NCBI RefSeq assembly: GCF_001194135.2
Contig: NC_068997.1
Location: forward strand, 54,238,890 to 54,302,889
Reading direction: 5' to 3'
From: Octopus bimaculoides
Lineage: Eukaryota
DNA: 64,000 nt
Below the pieces are notes generated by a model. The model saw nothing but the letters and a program-made list of their open reading frames with translations. It had not been told where the DNA came from and made no database searches. The translations under genes were made by a program, and so were the position numbers. Below, one piece after another: positions 52,528 through 64,000 of the stretch (position 1 is the first letter of the stretch; every line of letters begins with the position of its first letter).

Positions 52528-52789
52528 CAATGGCTTTCAACCATGGTCCATATGACTGTTGGGTGAGGGGGGGATATAATAGTATTTTGTTTAATTTATT
52601 GTGCCAGACATTGCTCATATTTCTAAAATACACAAAATAATTTAACAATATTTTATACAATTCTTCATAATATTTAATTATATTAAAAAAATATTGAATT
52701 CTTCAAGTTGGAATGGTTTCGTGGGTCCATTCGAGTAAAATAAAGATCAAAGGAGTTTAGATATAAAACAAAATGGTTGACAACCACCG
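52528..52789. mobile_element. hAT (Buster/Charlie-type) MITE, 262 bp, with a perfect 8-bp TSD
   Basis: TSD ATGTAGAC at 52520-27 and 52790-97 (central TA, typical of the Buster family); 15-bp TIRs CAATGGCTTTCAACC vs reverse complement CGGTGGTTGTCAACC (11/15; cf. CAGTGGTTCTCAACC). Confidence 0.9.
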
Positions 52790-53377
52790 ATGTAGACCTA
52801 GATATTGTAAGATGTAGTTATTTGTCTAGATCTAGATATAAATTAGGTTGATATATACTGTATAATTGAGATTCGTAGTCTAGATAGAAACATTCGAAGT
52901 ACATAATCTTTAAAAGCAAGGTTATTAGCTGAAGAAATTATAAATTTATTTATCTGAATTTCATTATATTTCTTAATTTTTATTCAGCTAATTGTTCCTT
53001 CATGAAACGTCATGAATGTAATTCTTCCAGGCTGTGTCAGCGACCAAATATAAATAATCAGTGTTTTGAATGAACCTAAACAAACAGAATTCGCTGTAAT
53101 CAGTTTGTGTAAAATTCCCCAAGAAATTAAAACCCGTATTGTGCGATGTTTCAAGATTCGTGTCTCAGAATTTCAAATTCAAGAATCTGATGTTATTATT
53201 CAAATAGAGAAATAAGAAATTTAATGAATACATTTTAATGAACTGAAAAAAAAAATTATAAATTAATTAAAAATATACAAGGCCAAAATATTTGTTATTA
53301 TATTCACAATGTTCATCAGAAATTTGATATTATTACTCGGTGATTTAAAAAATATAATGTAATTAAATAGTTTTATA

Positions 53378-53768
53378 GGCGTATGCGTGGCTGTGTAGTA
53401 AGAAGCTTGCTTCCCAATGACATGGTTCCGGGTTCAGTCCCACTACGAGGCAACTTGGGCAAGTGTCTTCAACTATAAGCTCGTGCCGACCAAACCCTCG
53501 TGAGTGGATTTGGTAGACGGAAACTGAGAGAAGTCCGTCGTGTATATATATGTGTGTGTGTGTGTTTGTATTTATCCCCCCACCATCGCTTAACAACGGA
53601 TGTCGGTGTGTTTATGTCCACGTATCTTAGCGGTGCGTCAAAAGGATCCGATAGAATAAGTACTACACTTACAAAGAATAAGTCCTGGGGCCGATTTTTT
53701 CGACTAAAGGCGGTGCTCCAGCATGACCACAGTCAAGTGAATGAAACAAGTAAAAGAGTAAAAGAATA
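53378..53768 (+). mobile_element. Full-length tRNA-derived SINE, family A (reference copy in this window)
   Basis: A-box-like TGGCTGTGTAG (53388-98); B-box-like GGTTCAGTCCC (53431-41); central domain; internal (TA)n(TG)n; 3' tail ending AAACAAGTAAAAGAGTAAAAGAAT. Confidence 0.92.
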
Positions 53769-55756
53769 TATAAATATATATATATAAAGAAAGAGAGAGA
53801 GAGAGGGACCCAGAACCTATTGGTAATTATTGGCAAATGTTCAATGTATGGGAAATGATACCAAAATATTTAAGTTTAATTTCTTAAGTTAATTTCACAA
53901 AGAAAGTTAATTCGCAAATGTTTCATAACGTTTTAAGTTTTAAACTCCATTTTGTGTTTGGAAGAATTAAAGACAATTTACTCGAAGTATATTTTTAAGA
54001 ATCAACTTTACAACCGTCTTTCCTTTGAAGCCATTCTACAAGACGTTGTGTGTAGCTTTGTATCTGTGTTTATAAAAATGTCATCAATCTTCCAGGTCTG
54101 TGTCAATTCTCTCCAAATAGCACACTAAATATTGGATATGTTCTTTAATTCTATTCCTGACTTTAGGCCTTTCCAGTTGTGGCCAGGATTTTCAAATAAA
54201 TCTGATGATTCTTGAAGTTATTACACACACACAAACACACACATACATACACATATGCATGTATATAAATCTAGACTGTATTAGTTATCATATTGGTGGC
54301 TTCTGGCATATTTCTTTAATTCCTCCTTCTTTTGTTAATTTTCATTTTCACGATTATGTTTCCAGAAAAGAAAAAGAAACACATAACGCCCACTAAATAT
54401 ATGAAACTATGTTACGTTCACTACTGGAAGTATGTGACTTCGAATGGGCCTCTTATGAAATACTATGTTCACTTTAGATGAGGAACAGATTTTACGAATG
54501 GGAAAATACAAGAGCTGGTTTTTCTACTAACATTGTATTACCAAGGGCAGGACTCGATCCACTGTTAGAAGATTTAGTTAAATTTACTACGCAATGGATG
54601 CAGCTACAGAAAATTTTATCTGTTTCAGTGTACAGTGAAACAGTTTTAACTCGCTACGTGTTAAATGATTGGTTTCCTTCATGCAATATTAGAGAAAAGT
54701 AAGATTCTGGTAAAGTAAGAAGTATAGTTACAGATATATTTATGAATTTAGTACAAACAACATCTCTTCTGTGCTACAACGTCATCGTAAGCGACACGTT
54801 ACAATTTAGAATTTTACTGTGAACTTCATTCTTCCATTGTACACCTCTACCGTTAGCTATATGCCAGTTATACGTTACAGTTAGATGTATGTTAGATTAC
54901 AATTAACGATACGTATTACTAGGAATATATGGCGAATGGAATTTCAAAATATCTGAATAAAAATAATTTCTGTAACCAATTCCTGAAAACAGTCTTTTTT
55001 TTTTTTTTTTACCAATTATTTGAAGTTTATAAACTTCTGTTTCTTAGAAAGGTTTCAATACATTTAGAAGGAAAATGAAAGTTATATTTTCTTAAAAAGA
55101 CGCAAAGAAATAGAAAGGTGACATGTAGTTGTCTCTGTCGAATTCCAAACTATCTATCTATCTTAAATCAATCATTGTTCGAAATGCGATTAACTCTACG
55201 CTGGCTGCATACTCCATCGATCTAATATTCCTTGTCATTATTTGACTTCCAAGAATGTCATGTAAATGATATTACATGTATTATATTCCGTGTCCAAATG
55301 TCTTTTAGATGCTAAATTCTTTCAGTTTCAAAGATGTGTGAGATGCTATTTTCTTCAAACTATATATATTTTTCTTTTACGTATTCTCAGACAAGGCACA
55401 ATAAAATATTACTTTAAATGTATTTGGAATATATTCATGTGTTAAGTGTATCGATCTTGCCACTGACAGACTAAACGAAACCTCACAAATATTTCTAGTA
55501 TATATTACATATGTACGTCTTCTTATATATATACACTCTATAGTATCTACATATTTGTTTCGGTGTACAATAAACTTATACACACATATTGTTTATAAAT
55601 ATAAATATGTATAAGCACGCACACCTATATATAAATGAACGTATGTAAATATATATATATATTTATATATGTGCGTGTGCCTGTGTTTGTGTATCTGTGT
55701 GTGCGTATGCTTGTGTGTATACATACCATACATACATACATATATATATATATATA

Positions 55757-56463
55757 NNNNNNNNNNNNNNNNNNNNNNNNNNNNNNNNNNNNNNNNNNNN
55801 NNNNNNNNNNNNNNNNNNNNNNNNNNNNNNNNNNNNNNNNNNNNNNNNNNNNNNNNNNNNNNNNNNNNNNNNNNNNNNNNNNNNNNNNNNNNNNNNNNNN
55901 NNNNNNNNNNNNNNNNNNNNNNNNNNNNNNNNNNNNNNNNNNNNNNNNNNNNNNNNNNNNNNNNNNNNNNNNNNNNNNNNNNNNNNNNNNNNNNNNNNNN
56001 NNNNNNNNNNNNNNNNNNNNNNNNNNNNNNNNNNNNNNNNNNNNNNNNNNNNNNNNNNNNNNNNNNNNNNNNNNNNNNNNNNNNNNNNNNNNNNNNNNNN
56101 NNNNNNNNNNNNNNNNNNNNNNNNNNNNNNNNNNNNNNNNNNNNNNNNNNNNNNNNNNNNNNNNNNNNNNNNNNNNNNNNNNNNNNNNNNNNNNNNNNNN
56201 NNNNNNNNNNNNNNNNNNNNNNNNNNNNNNNNNNNNNNNNNNNNNNNNNNNNNNNNNNNNNNNNNNNNNNNNNNNNNNNNNNNNNNNNNNNNNNNNNNNN
56301 NNNNNNNNNNNNNNNNNNNNNNNNNNNNNNNNNNNNNNNNNNNNNNNNNNNNNNNNNNNNNNNNNNNNNNNNNNNNNNNNNNNNNNNNNNNNNNNNNNNN
56401 NNNNNNNNNNNNNNNNNNNNNNNNNNNNNNNNNNNNNNNNNNNNNNNNNNNNNNNNNNNNNNN
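55757..56463. other. Assembly gap (707 N) between (TA)n and (GA)n
   Basis: N run. Confidence 0.99.
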
Positions 56464-56511
<48 letters not shown>

Positions 56512-57489
56512 TCTAACTTACTTTAACTGGTAAAGCGGAAACAAGTCTTTTATCAGTAGGAAACTTTATTATGAGAACAAAATGTATTCGTTTTTTTTTT
56601 TTTTCAGAATAAGCAGAGAGAAAGAAAGAGGAAGAAAGAGACAGAAGGAACAGAAAGAGAGGCAAAGAGAAGAAAATAAGAATGAAAGATGTACCGAAAT
56701 TTCTAATTTAGTTAGAAAAAGGAATCTCTGTAGAAAATATTACAGTGATATATGGTTCCACGTCATGATCACCTTAACAACTTAAACCCTACTCAAAGTA
56801 GCATTCCATAAAGCAAACGCAAAGGAATAAATTTCTAATTCGACTGATGGAGAATAATGGCTGATTATTTTGCGTCGTTAAGTTAATTGGTAGCTGCATT
56901 CTTTGAATAGAGGGACATGAAATAAACCAAATCAAGCTTGCTATGATCTGAACCCGAAACCGAAAGAGATGCGACTAAATACTATGAAATACTACGTCTA
57001 ATACTTTCAGACAGTTCTGATAGCTGGATGCCCCACACATCTTAGAATATTGTGAGAAAATACTAACGAAATAAAACAAAACAGAAGACGACACATAAAT
57101 TACAGCGGAAAAAATTGATGTAGAAAAAGAGAATTTGTATTAACGACGTTAATAGACATTCGGGGCGGTTCTGATATGTGTTTGACAGGTATGGTATGTA
57201 TGGCACTAGGGCGAGACGAAATAATAGCAGGAAGCAGACAGGTAGAGAATCCCTCCAGTCGTTAATGTAATTTTGATACATCGCATGCAAATGGCTGACA
57301 TAGCAGCCAGTTTAGAGCAAGTTTGCTTCTGGTGGATGGAGAATCGCTGGAAATTCTTAGAGAAAGAACAAAGTCGGGGTTTGTTGTTAGTCTGTCAGTA
57401 AGTAGGAGCGCAGACAGGCTGGAGGGAGAAAAACTGGAATATCTACACATATATAGATATATACATATATACATACACGCATACACACA

Positions 57490-57510
57490 ACTGTATATAC
57501 ACATACATTG

Positions 57511-57605
<95 letters not shown>

Positions 57606-57784
57606 TAGCGTATGCTATGTATATATCTGCACATACATAAATATATATATATATGCGTGTGTATGTGTGTGTGTGTGTGTGTGTGATGTGTAATATGTGA
57701 AATTATATATATAAATATAAATATAATACAAATATATATATATACGTATACACAGACTTGTATATACACATACATTGATATATG

Positions 57785-57845
<61 letters not shown>
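57490..57845. repeat. Compound (TA)/(CA)/(TG) microsatellite
   Basis: Read directly. Confidence 0.95.
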
Positions 57846-57846
<1 letters not shown>

Positions 57847-58078
57847 GAGGCGCGTGGCTTAGTGGTTAGGATGTCAGCATCATGATCGTAAGATTGTGGT
57901 TTCCATTACTGGACCGGGCACCGCGTGTGTGATCTTGAGCAAAACTCTTCATTTCACGTTGCTCCAGTCCAGTCAGCTGGCAAAAATGAGTAACGCTGCG
58001 ATGGACTGGCGTCCCGTCCAGCTGGGGAACATGTACAATTTTGAAACCGGGAAACCGGACCCATGAGCCTGGCTAGAC
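57846..58078 (+). mobile_element. tRNA-derived SINE, family C
   Basis: Canonical A box TGGCTTAGTGG (57855-65); degenerate B box near 57898; body CTTGAGCAAAACTCTTCATTTCACGTTGCTCCAGTCC...CTGCGATGGACTGGCGTCCCGTCCAG; ends at a 10-N gap. Confidence 0.88.
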
Positions 58079-58183
58079 TNNNNNNNNNNATATATACATA
58101 TATATATATACATATATATAATATATATATATGTGTGTGTATTGACAGATATACATACGCACGCGCGTGCACGTACACACACA

Positions 58184-58235
<52 letters not shown>

Positions 58236-58479
58236 GTGCTGATATTTAATCTAAAGTATACAATTTTAAAACTCAAAACCGTATAATTGAAGGCGGATAA
58301 ACATTATATAAATCCTACTTGACGCTATCTTTAATAAAAATAGAGATTTATATTAAAACGTGAACGGTTTTGTTTTGCATTCGTTTTTTAGGTTTTGTTG
58401 CAAGTCTGTAGCACTTCACATTATTTCACACTGACTTAACAATTTAAATAGCAATAAAAAGTAACTTTACCACAAAAAT

Positions 58480-59985
58480 TGCAGCTAAATAATTTACTTG
58501 AAGTGAAACTCATCCCTATGACTTCTTTGGCAAAGTTTTTCCGTGAAAACCACTTAAAATAATTTCTCGCTTTTCCTCCATTATTTTCTTCGCCTGAGAA
58601 CACACCAAGTTGTATTGTTCTTTTTTCGAATTTGATTTTTCGTAGATATTTTTTATTGAATTGAAAGCAATAAAAGATCACTCAACAGTTTAAGGTATCT
58701 TTGAGAAATTTAAGACGAAATTTATTAGTTTATGTGCATTTGAAAGTCCCTTCATGCATTTCATTTTCTAATTGGTATTTAGAAAAACTCATCTCTGTTT
58801 GACTATAGTTTTGTAATTGGGAGCTAAGGCCAGTAAAAGGAAAACAAAATTTACTATAGAGATTCGAAAACTCTTTCTAGAAAAAGCATTAGAAGTCTTT
58901 TTTACAGTCTAAATTGTCGATGCGTTCCATATGTTTCAAGTACTAGCATTCTTGAGATGAAAGATTCATTCTTTTTCTAGAGAAAATGAGCACCACCGTT
59001 GTTATCAAACTTAGCTTCCTTCATCTCTTAAATTTTGGTGAAAGTTCTTTCAGCTGTAATAAAGCTAGAAGCAATATCCATACACTTTGAAGGCATTTCC
59101 TCAAAAATATGCACAGTGAATTGAAAAGAAAAAACAAATGCTAGGAGATACTCGAAATGTCAAATGAAAGAATTCGAGACCGGTTGAAAATCAATTTGCT
59201 TCATTTTGCGTTTTATCTTCAAAACTAGAATTTTCCCGAATATTATGAAAGAGATGCTTTCTTTTTGTCTTATTCTCCTTTAACAATTTCAGCCAATTGC
59301 AACAACCAGTTCCATCTCGTTGGAGAATGTTTGAGAAATATTTCCCGCAATATCATAGAACAATGAAGATCTCTTTGTGGTGCTGTTAACAATAGCAAAT
59401 AATTTATAGAATATTGGAAGAATATAATGTTTTGAGAAATGCGAAAGCAACTTGATTTTTTAAAAGAAAATGATTATATGTGAATAACGTTCGAGAATTA
59501 GTGCTTATGAAATCTGTAATTTTTTAATAACCACGATAAAGTTTGCTTTCCATGGCAGCAGTATCGACGTACGATCGAGCAACTAATTTCCTTTAAAAAA
59601 ACAAAAAAAACAAACAGCGTAGCTCATCTGGGTACTTTATAGCTAAATGCGATGTCGGTTTAGCATCTCTATTTTCGCTAATGTAAGAATCTCCCAGAAA
59701 TCTTTCACAAATTTACCATTTGTATTCTTGTAGCGAACGACAGATAATTTTGTCCATTAATATAGCAACAGGCATGCATTTGGAATCTCCCATTTAATTT
59801 GCTTAAAAAAATGGTATCATATGAAGGAACTGAGGAATTCTCTATAGTTGATGGCAACAGTAGCAGCAGGCTATAAATTATTTTGTAATTTTTCATCAAA
59901 ATCACTGACACGGAAGGTAAACTCATTATAGTCTTCCTGTTTTCTGATAAATCACTTTCATTGAGACAAACTGCAAAACGTAGAG
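58480..59985 (-). pseudogene. Fossil hAT-superfamily transposase (DUF4371-like to hAT dimerisation domain; ZMYM1-like type)
   Basis: Frameshifted minus-strand motifs in correct order: NESDLSENR, DFDEKLQNNL, KQIKWEIPNA, AILMD, LSVVRY, ERFLG..ISENRDAK, KLVARSYVDTAAM (cf. LVAQTYDGAAVM), STTKRSSLF, HSPTRWN, SKCMDIA, IP*TVE*SFIAFNSIKN (cf. IPxTSASVERSFSALKRIK), NFAK. No TIRs located. Confidence 0.78.
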
Positions 59986-60519
59986 GATTCTAATTGGTCT
60001 TTATGATACGCGCACGCATACACACGTACATACACACATACGCACACATGCACGCACACATACAAACATATATACGTATATAAGCATATATACGATTGGA
60101 TCTCCGTCGGTTTTGATAGAGATTCATTTGTTCTGTCAAGTGAATTTCTTACCCGTAAAATAAACCTGAAGGTGGCTGAATATTCCTCAGACATGTATGC
60201 CATTAACGTAATTCTCATACAGAATCAGTGTGGTACAGTGTGTGACATATCTATGCCTTATATTTGCCCGAGATGCGAAGCAATAGAAGCGAACCTGGGA
60301 CCTCGCTTGTTCCACAGTGAATTTCTTAAGCCCAATTGGACACAAGAACAAGCATTCACACACAGATACACACGCATTTATGTATATACACACGTATATA
60401 TACATTCATACACATTGTGTATGTGCATGTGTGTATATATCTGTGCGACTGTGTGTGTATGTATATGTGTGTGTGTGTGAAACAAGATTCACTCCTCACT
60501 GGATCATAGATATAGTATA

Positions 60520-60687
60520 ATAGGGGCTGCAATAAGGGTGGAGCACTTGCAGAAAACTGCACTGCTTGGAACCGCTCGAATACTGCGGAAGGTGCTCGAA
60601 AAATAAGAGGTGTTACCTTAGTTCACTGGTAGTGAACAGCTGACATCGTAGTACATCTCCAGCGTTAGAAGCTGTGCAAAGACAATG

Positions 60688-60733
<46 letters not shown>

Positions 60734-60748
60734 TAATAATAATAATAA
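60520..60748 (+). mobile_element. R4/Dong-clade LINE 3' end with an (AAT)n tail
   Basis: IGAAIRVEHLQKTALLGTARILRKVLEK* (60520-60606) matches the R4/Dong C-terminal LQKxxLLGTARILRKVL motif; ~80-bp 3' UTR, then (AAT)n from 60685 into the gap. Confidence 0.85.
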
Positions 60749-61718
60749 NNNNNNNNNNNNNNNNNNNNNNNNNNNNNNNNNNNNNNNNNNNNNNNNNNNN
60801 NNNNNNNNNNNNNNNNNNNNNNNNNNNNNNNNNNNNNNNNNNNNNNNNNNNNNNNNNNNNNNNNNNNNNNNNNNNNNNNNNNNNNNNNNNNNNNNNNNNN
60901 NNNNNNNNNNNNNNNNNNNNNNNNNNNNNNNNNNNNNNNNNNNNNNNNNNNNNNNNNNNNNNNNNNNNNNNNNNNNNNNNNNNNNNNNNNNNNNNNNNNN
61001 NNNNNNNNNNNNNNNNNNNNNNNNNNNNNNNNNNNNNNNNNNNNNNNNNNNNNNNNNNNNNNNNNNNNNNNNNNNNNNNNNNNNNNNNNNNNNNNNNNNN
61101 NNNNNNNNNNNNNNNNNNNNNNNNNNNNNNNNNNNNNNNNNNNNNNNNNNNNNNNNNNNNNNNNNNNNNNNNNNNNNNNNNNNNNNNNNNNNNNNNNNNN
61201 NNNNNNNNNNNNNNNNNNNNNNNNNNNNNNNNNNNNNNNNNNNNNNNNNNNNNNNNNNNNNNNNNNNNNNNNNNNNNNNNNNNNNNNNNNNNNNNNNNNN
61301 NNNNNNNNNNNNNNNNNNNNNNNNNNNNNNNNNNNNNNNNNNNNNNNNNNNNNNNNNNNNNNNNNNNNNNNNNNNNNNNNNNNNNNNNNNNNNNNNNNNN
61401 NNNNNNNNNNNNNNNNNNNNNNNNNNNNNNNNNNNNNNNNNNNNNNNNNNNNNNNNNNNNNNNNNNNNNNNNNNNNNNNNNNNNNNNNNNNNNNNNNNNN
61501 NNNNNNNNNNNNNNNNNNNNNNNNNNNNNNNNNNNNNNNNNNNNNNNNNNNNNNNNNNNNNNNNNNNNNNNNNNNNNNNNNNNNNNNNNNNNNNNNNNNN
61601 NNNNNNNNNNNNNNNNNNNNNNNNNNNNNNNNNNNNNNNNNNNNNNNNNNNNNNNNNNNNNNNNNNNNNNNNNNNNNNNNNNNNNNNNNNNNNNNNNNNN
61701 NNNNNNNNNNNNNNNNNN
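60749..61718. other. Assembly gap (970 N)
   Basis: N run. Confidence 0.99.
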
Positions 61719-61751
<33 letters not shown>

Positions 61752-62950
61752 ATACACAGATATGTATATACATGTATACACGTGTGTGTGTGTAACTGTA
61801 TCCTATCTTCTGTCGGTTTCAGGTCAGTGCAGGTCACCGCCCCTGATGAATGAAAATTTCAGAGCAGCGCAGTCCGGGGGAAACTAACATATTTTCTTCT
61901 CATTACTGTAATTGTAAACAATACGTGCGGTATGGCATCGTTCAACCGTCTAACCACACGTCTATGTCACACAACCATGCACATACGAACACACACGTAC
62001 ATACGCGAACGCACGCGCACAAACATATGCACAAAGGCACGTCTCTCTATCTCTTTCTTCCCTGCTGTCTCCCACCCTCTGCAGAAGTAGATGCGTATAT
62101 ATTCATTTATTTATTTGTACTTATACATGCATACATACACTCACCCACGCATACATACACACATACATGCAGAAATATATACTTACATTTATGTATGTAC
62201 ATGTACATACAAACACACACACTCGAACGAGAGATTGCATGTAGTTAGCTACAGATTTTTTTTATTGTATGTATTTATTTGGTTTGAATGACATGTTTTT
62301 GATGTTCGTCGGAGTTTTTACATGTGAACAGTTCTTCAGACGATAAAGAATGTTGATGGCGGGAAATCATGAAACTGTAAGAAATGTTTTACAGTTTTAG
62401 GAGTTTCTATCTTTGGAATCGGATTGCAAGAATTCATAAAGAGTCATCGAAAATTATTCTGGCCTTTTGCGTTACGATTTCAAATGTAATTGTCATCAAG
62501 TTTACCTCCAATTCTTCTGGAATTGATAAATAAAATAGCACTTTAAGATGATGGAGTGGTAGAAGCGTTGAAACGTGAGCAGGCGCCTGTTGGTATTTAT
62601 TGCAGGTCTGTAAAATCTGGGTTCAAATCGCAGTGATGGCTACTAATGTTATAGACTTATTCTAGATTCCGGTTTTACACCAACAACAAATTGGATGATT
62701 CTAAGAGAGTTCACTCCGTTCGAAACAATTTGGAGCCTACACCTGGTTTCAGAATATCTTCCTTTCCCGCCTCTCAACAGTTTTCTTTGTTGTGACCCAG
62801 AGCTTTGCTCTTGGTAAGAAACATACAAAATAGTTGAGCTGATGAAGAGGGACGAAATGTTCGTGGTTAGAGAGGACACAAGACCAGTCACATCAGATGC
62901 AAGAACCTAAAACGAATATATAACAACAAAAATAGCTCCATTTACTAAAC

Positions 62951-63188
62951 TAGCAGTTCTCAACCGGGATTCATATGTTCCTTGGGGGACCAGACAAGAT
63001 TTTATTGTTAAAAATCTATCTGCAACAACTTGCTTATATTTCTACATTACACAAAATATTTTTTAATATTTTTTAATGCAATTTTTAATATTTAACTATA
63101 AAAACACAAAATAATTTTATTTACAGTGAGTTGCTATGGAGATCCAGTAGAGCAAAATAGGAACCAAATGGGCCCATATGTGGAAAAA
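62951..63188. mobile_element. Second, partial copy of the Buster-type hAT MITE family
   Basis: Left TIR-like TAGCAGTTCTCAACC; body colinear with 52528-52789 (TGCTTATATTTCTACATTACACAAAATA vs TGCTCATATTTCTAAAATACACAAAATA); right TIR missing. Confidence 0.7.
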
Positions 63189-64000
63189 TCCTTTTACACA
63201 TGCGTGCGCATGTAACTAAACACTCAACCACAAACTTAGGTATGACTAAGGAAACATATGCGGATCTCGATGTCTCTCAAGATAAATAGTGAAAGAGTAA
63301 TTATATCTCTCGCATTTAAAATGTTTTGATAATGTAAATTTGTTTTCTTCGTCTGTCTGTTAGTCTGTGAGTCTGTATAGGAAATGTTTTCATAATATAG
63401 ATTTGTTTTCTATGTTTGTCCGTCTGCCAATATCGAACTACTGGTAGTTGGATGCGGCGGTTGTTTTGTTAACCGTGCGATTCTGGAGAACGTCTTTTGC
63501 CATTATATATATTATACATGAAATATACATTTTTTTCTTCAATCAATACATGTTTGTTTGTTTGCTTTTCTTTTCTTTATCACATACATCGGGCAATCAT
63601 AAAAAAGACATCGCGAAACAATTAAGGAAATCATAACGAAAAATAACTTTTTATCATTATCTTTGGTTTTTTTTTCGAGACAGATTGATGGCTTACATGT
63701 GTTAGAATCAAACAGAAATCAGGAACCAAAAATCAATGAGCACCTTATGGCGTTATCTTTACAAAATGGCTTTAAAGAATGGTATCATAGGATTATTTAC
63801 AGAAATCAATCAATATTGATAATGTTTTAAATTCCAGACACACACCAATGGGTGTAGACCAAGAAATATACATAGATATGTATGTATGTCCGTGAGCATA
63901 CATATAATACGTGTATGTGTGTTTATGTGTCTCTGTGTGTACATATATTTACACATTTATGAATAAGCATATAACTATAAATATATACATATATAAATAT

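Noticed and set aside
57484-57790. ~30-bp duplicated block (TGTATATACACATACATTGATATA) within a microsatellite
   Set aside because: Consistent with ordinary slippage or duplication in simple repeats, or a local assembly artefact.
59280-59400. Plus-strand acceptor TTATTCTCCTTTAACAATTTCAG| with a Cys-containing frame
   Set aside because: It lies antisense within the fossil hAT transposase, which explains the sequence.
62829-62865. CTGATGA...GAAATGTT hammerhead-like string
   Set aside because: No helix II or helix I pairing can be drawn.
88-63636. The ~200 ORFs in the supplied track (His/Thr, Cys/Val, Ile/Tyr, poly-L/Y/I, X-rich)
   Set aside because: They are translations of microsatellites, low-complexity DNA or N gaps. 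The few informative ones (e.g. 16719-17039) are transposon remnants already annotated.
1-64000. CRISPR arrays, operons, rRNA or prokaryotic defence systems
   Set aside because: No regularly spaced repeat-spacer arrays and no gene-dense coding DNA; the sequence is clearly eukaryotic repeat-rich DNA.

Overview
Eukaryotic, AT-rich, repeat-saturated draft-assembly sequence with about 22 N-gaps (~5 kb in total, most abutting (TA)n runs). The microsatellite density and the tRNA-derived SINE families fit an octopus (coleoid cephalopod) scaffold; this is inferred from recalled repeat sequences, not from a search. I found no confident host protein-coding gene. Almost every ORF in the supplied track is a translation of microsatellites or Ns, so the window is probably intergenic or a large intron. 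What can be supported: at least four tRNA-headed SINE families (about 15 copies); fossil non-LTR retrotransposons (CR1-group RT, several RTE 3' ends, an R4/Dong 3' end with an (AAT)n tail); an internally deleted mariner and a mariner-derived mini-element; two Tigger/pogo-type MITEs; a hAT (Buster-type) MITE with a perfect 8-bp TSD plus a second partial copy; and a ~1.5-kb fossil hAT transposase. The most notable structures are a ~1-kb element with ~390-bp inverted arms at ~95% identity (26221-27222) and three hammerhead-ribozyme-like motifs of the minimal Penelope type (best at 49975-50020), each with core-disrupting substitutions. All translations and alignments were done by eye.
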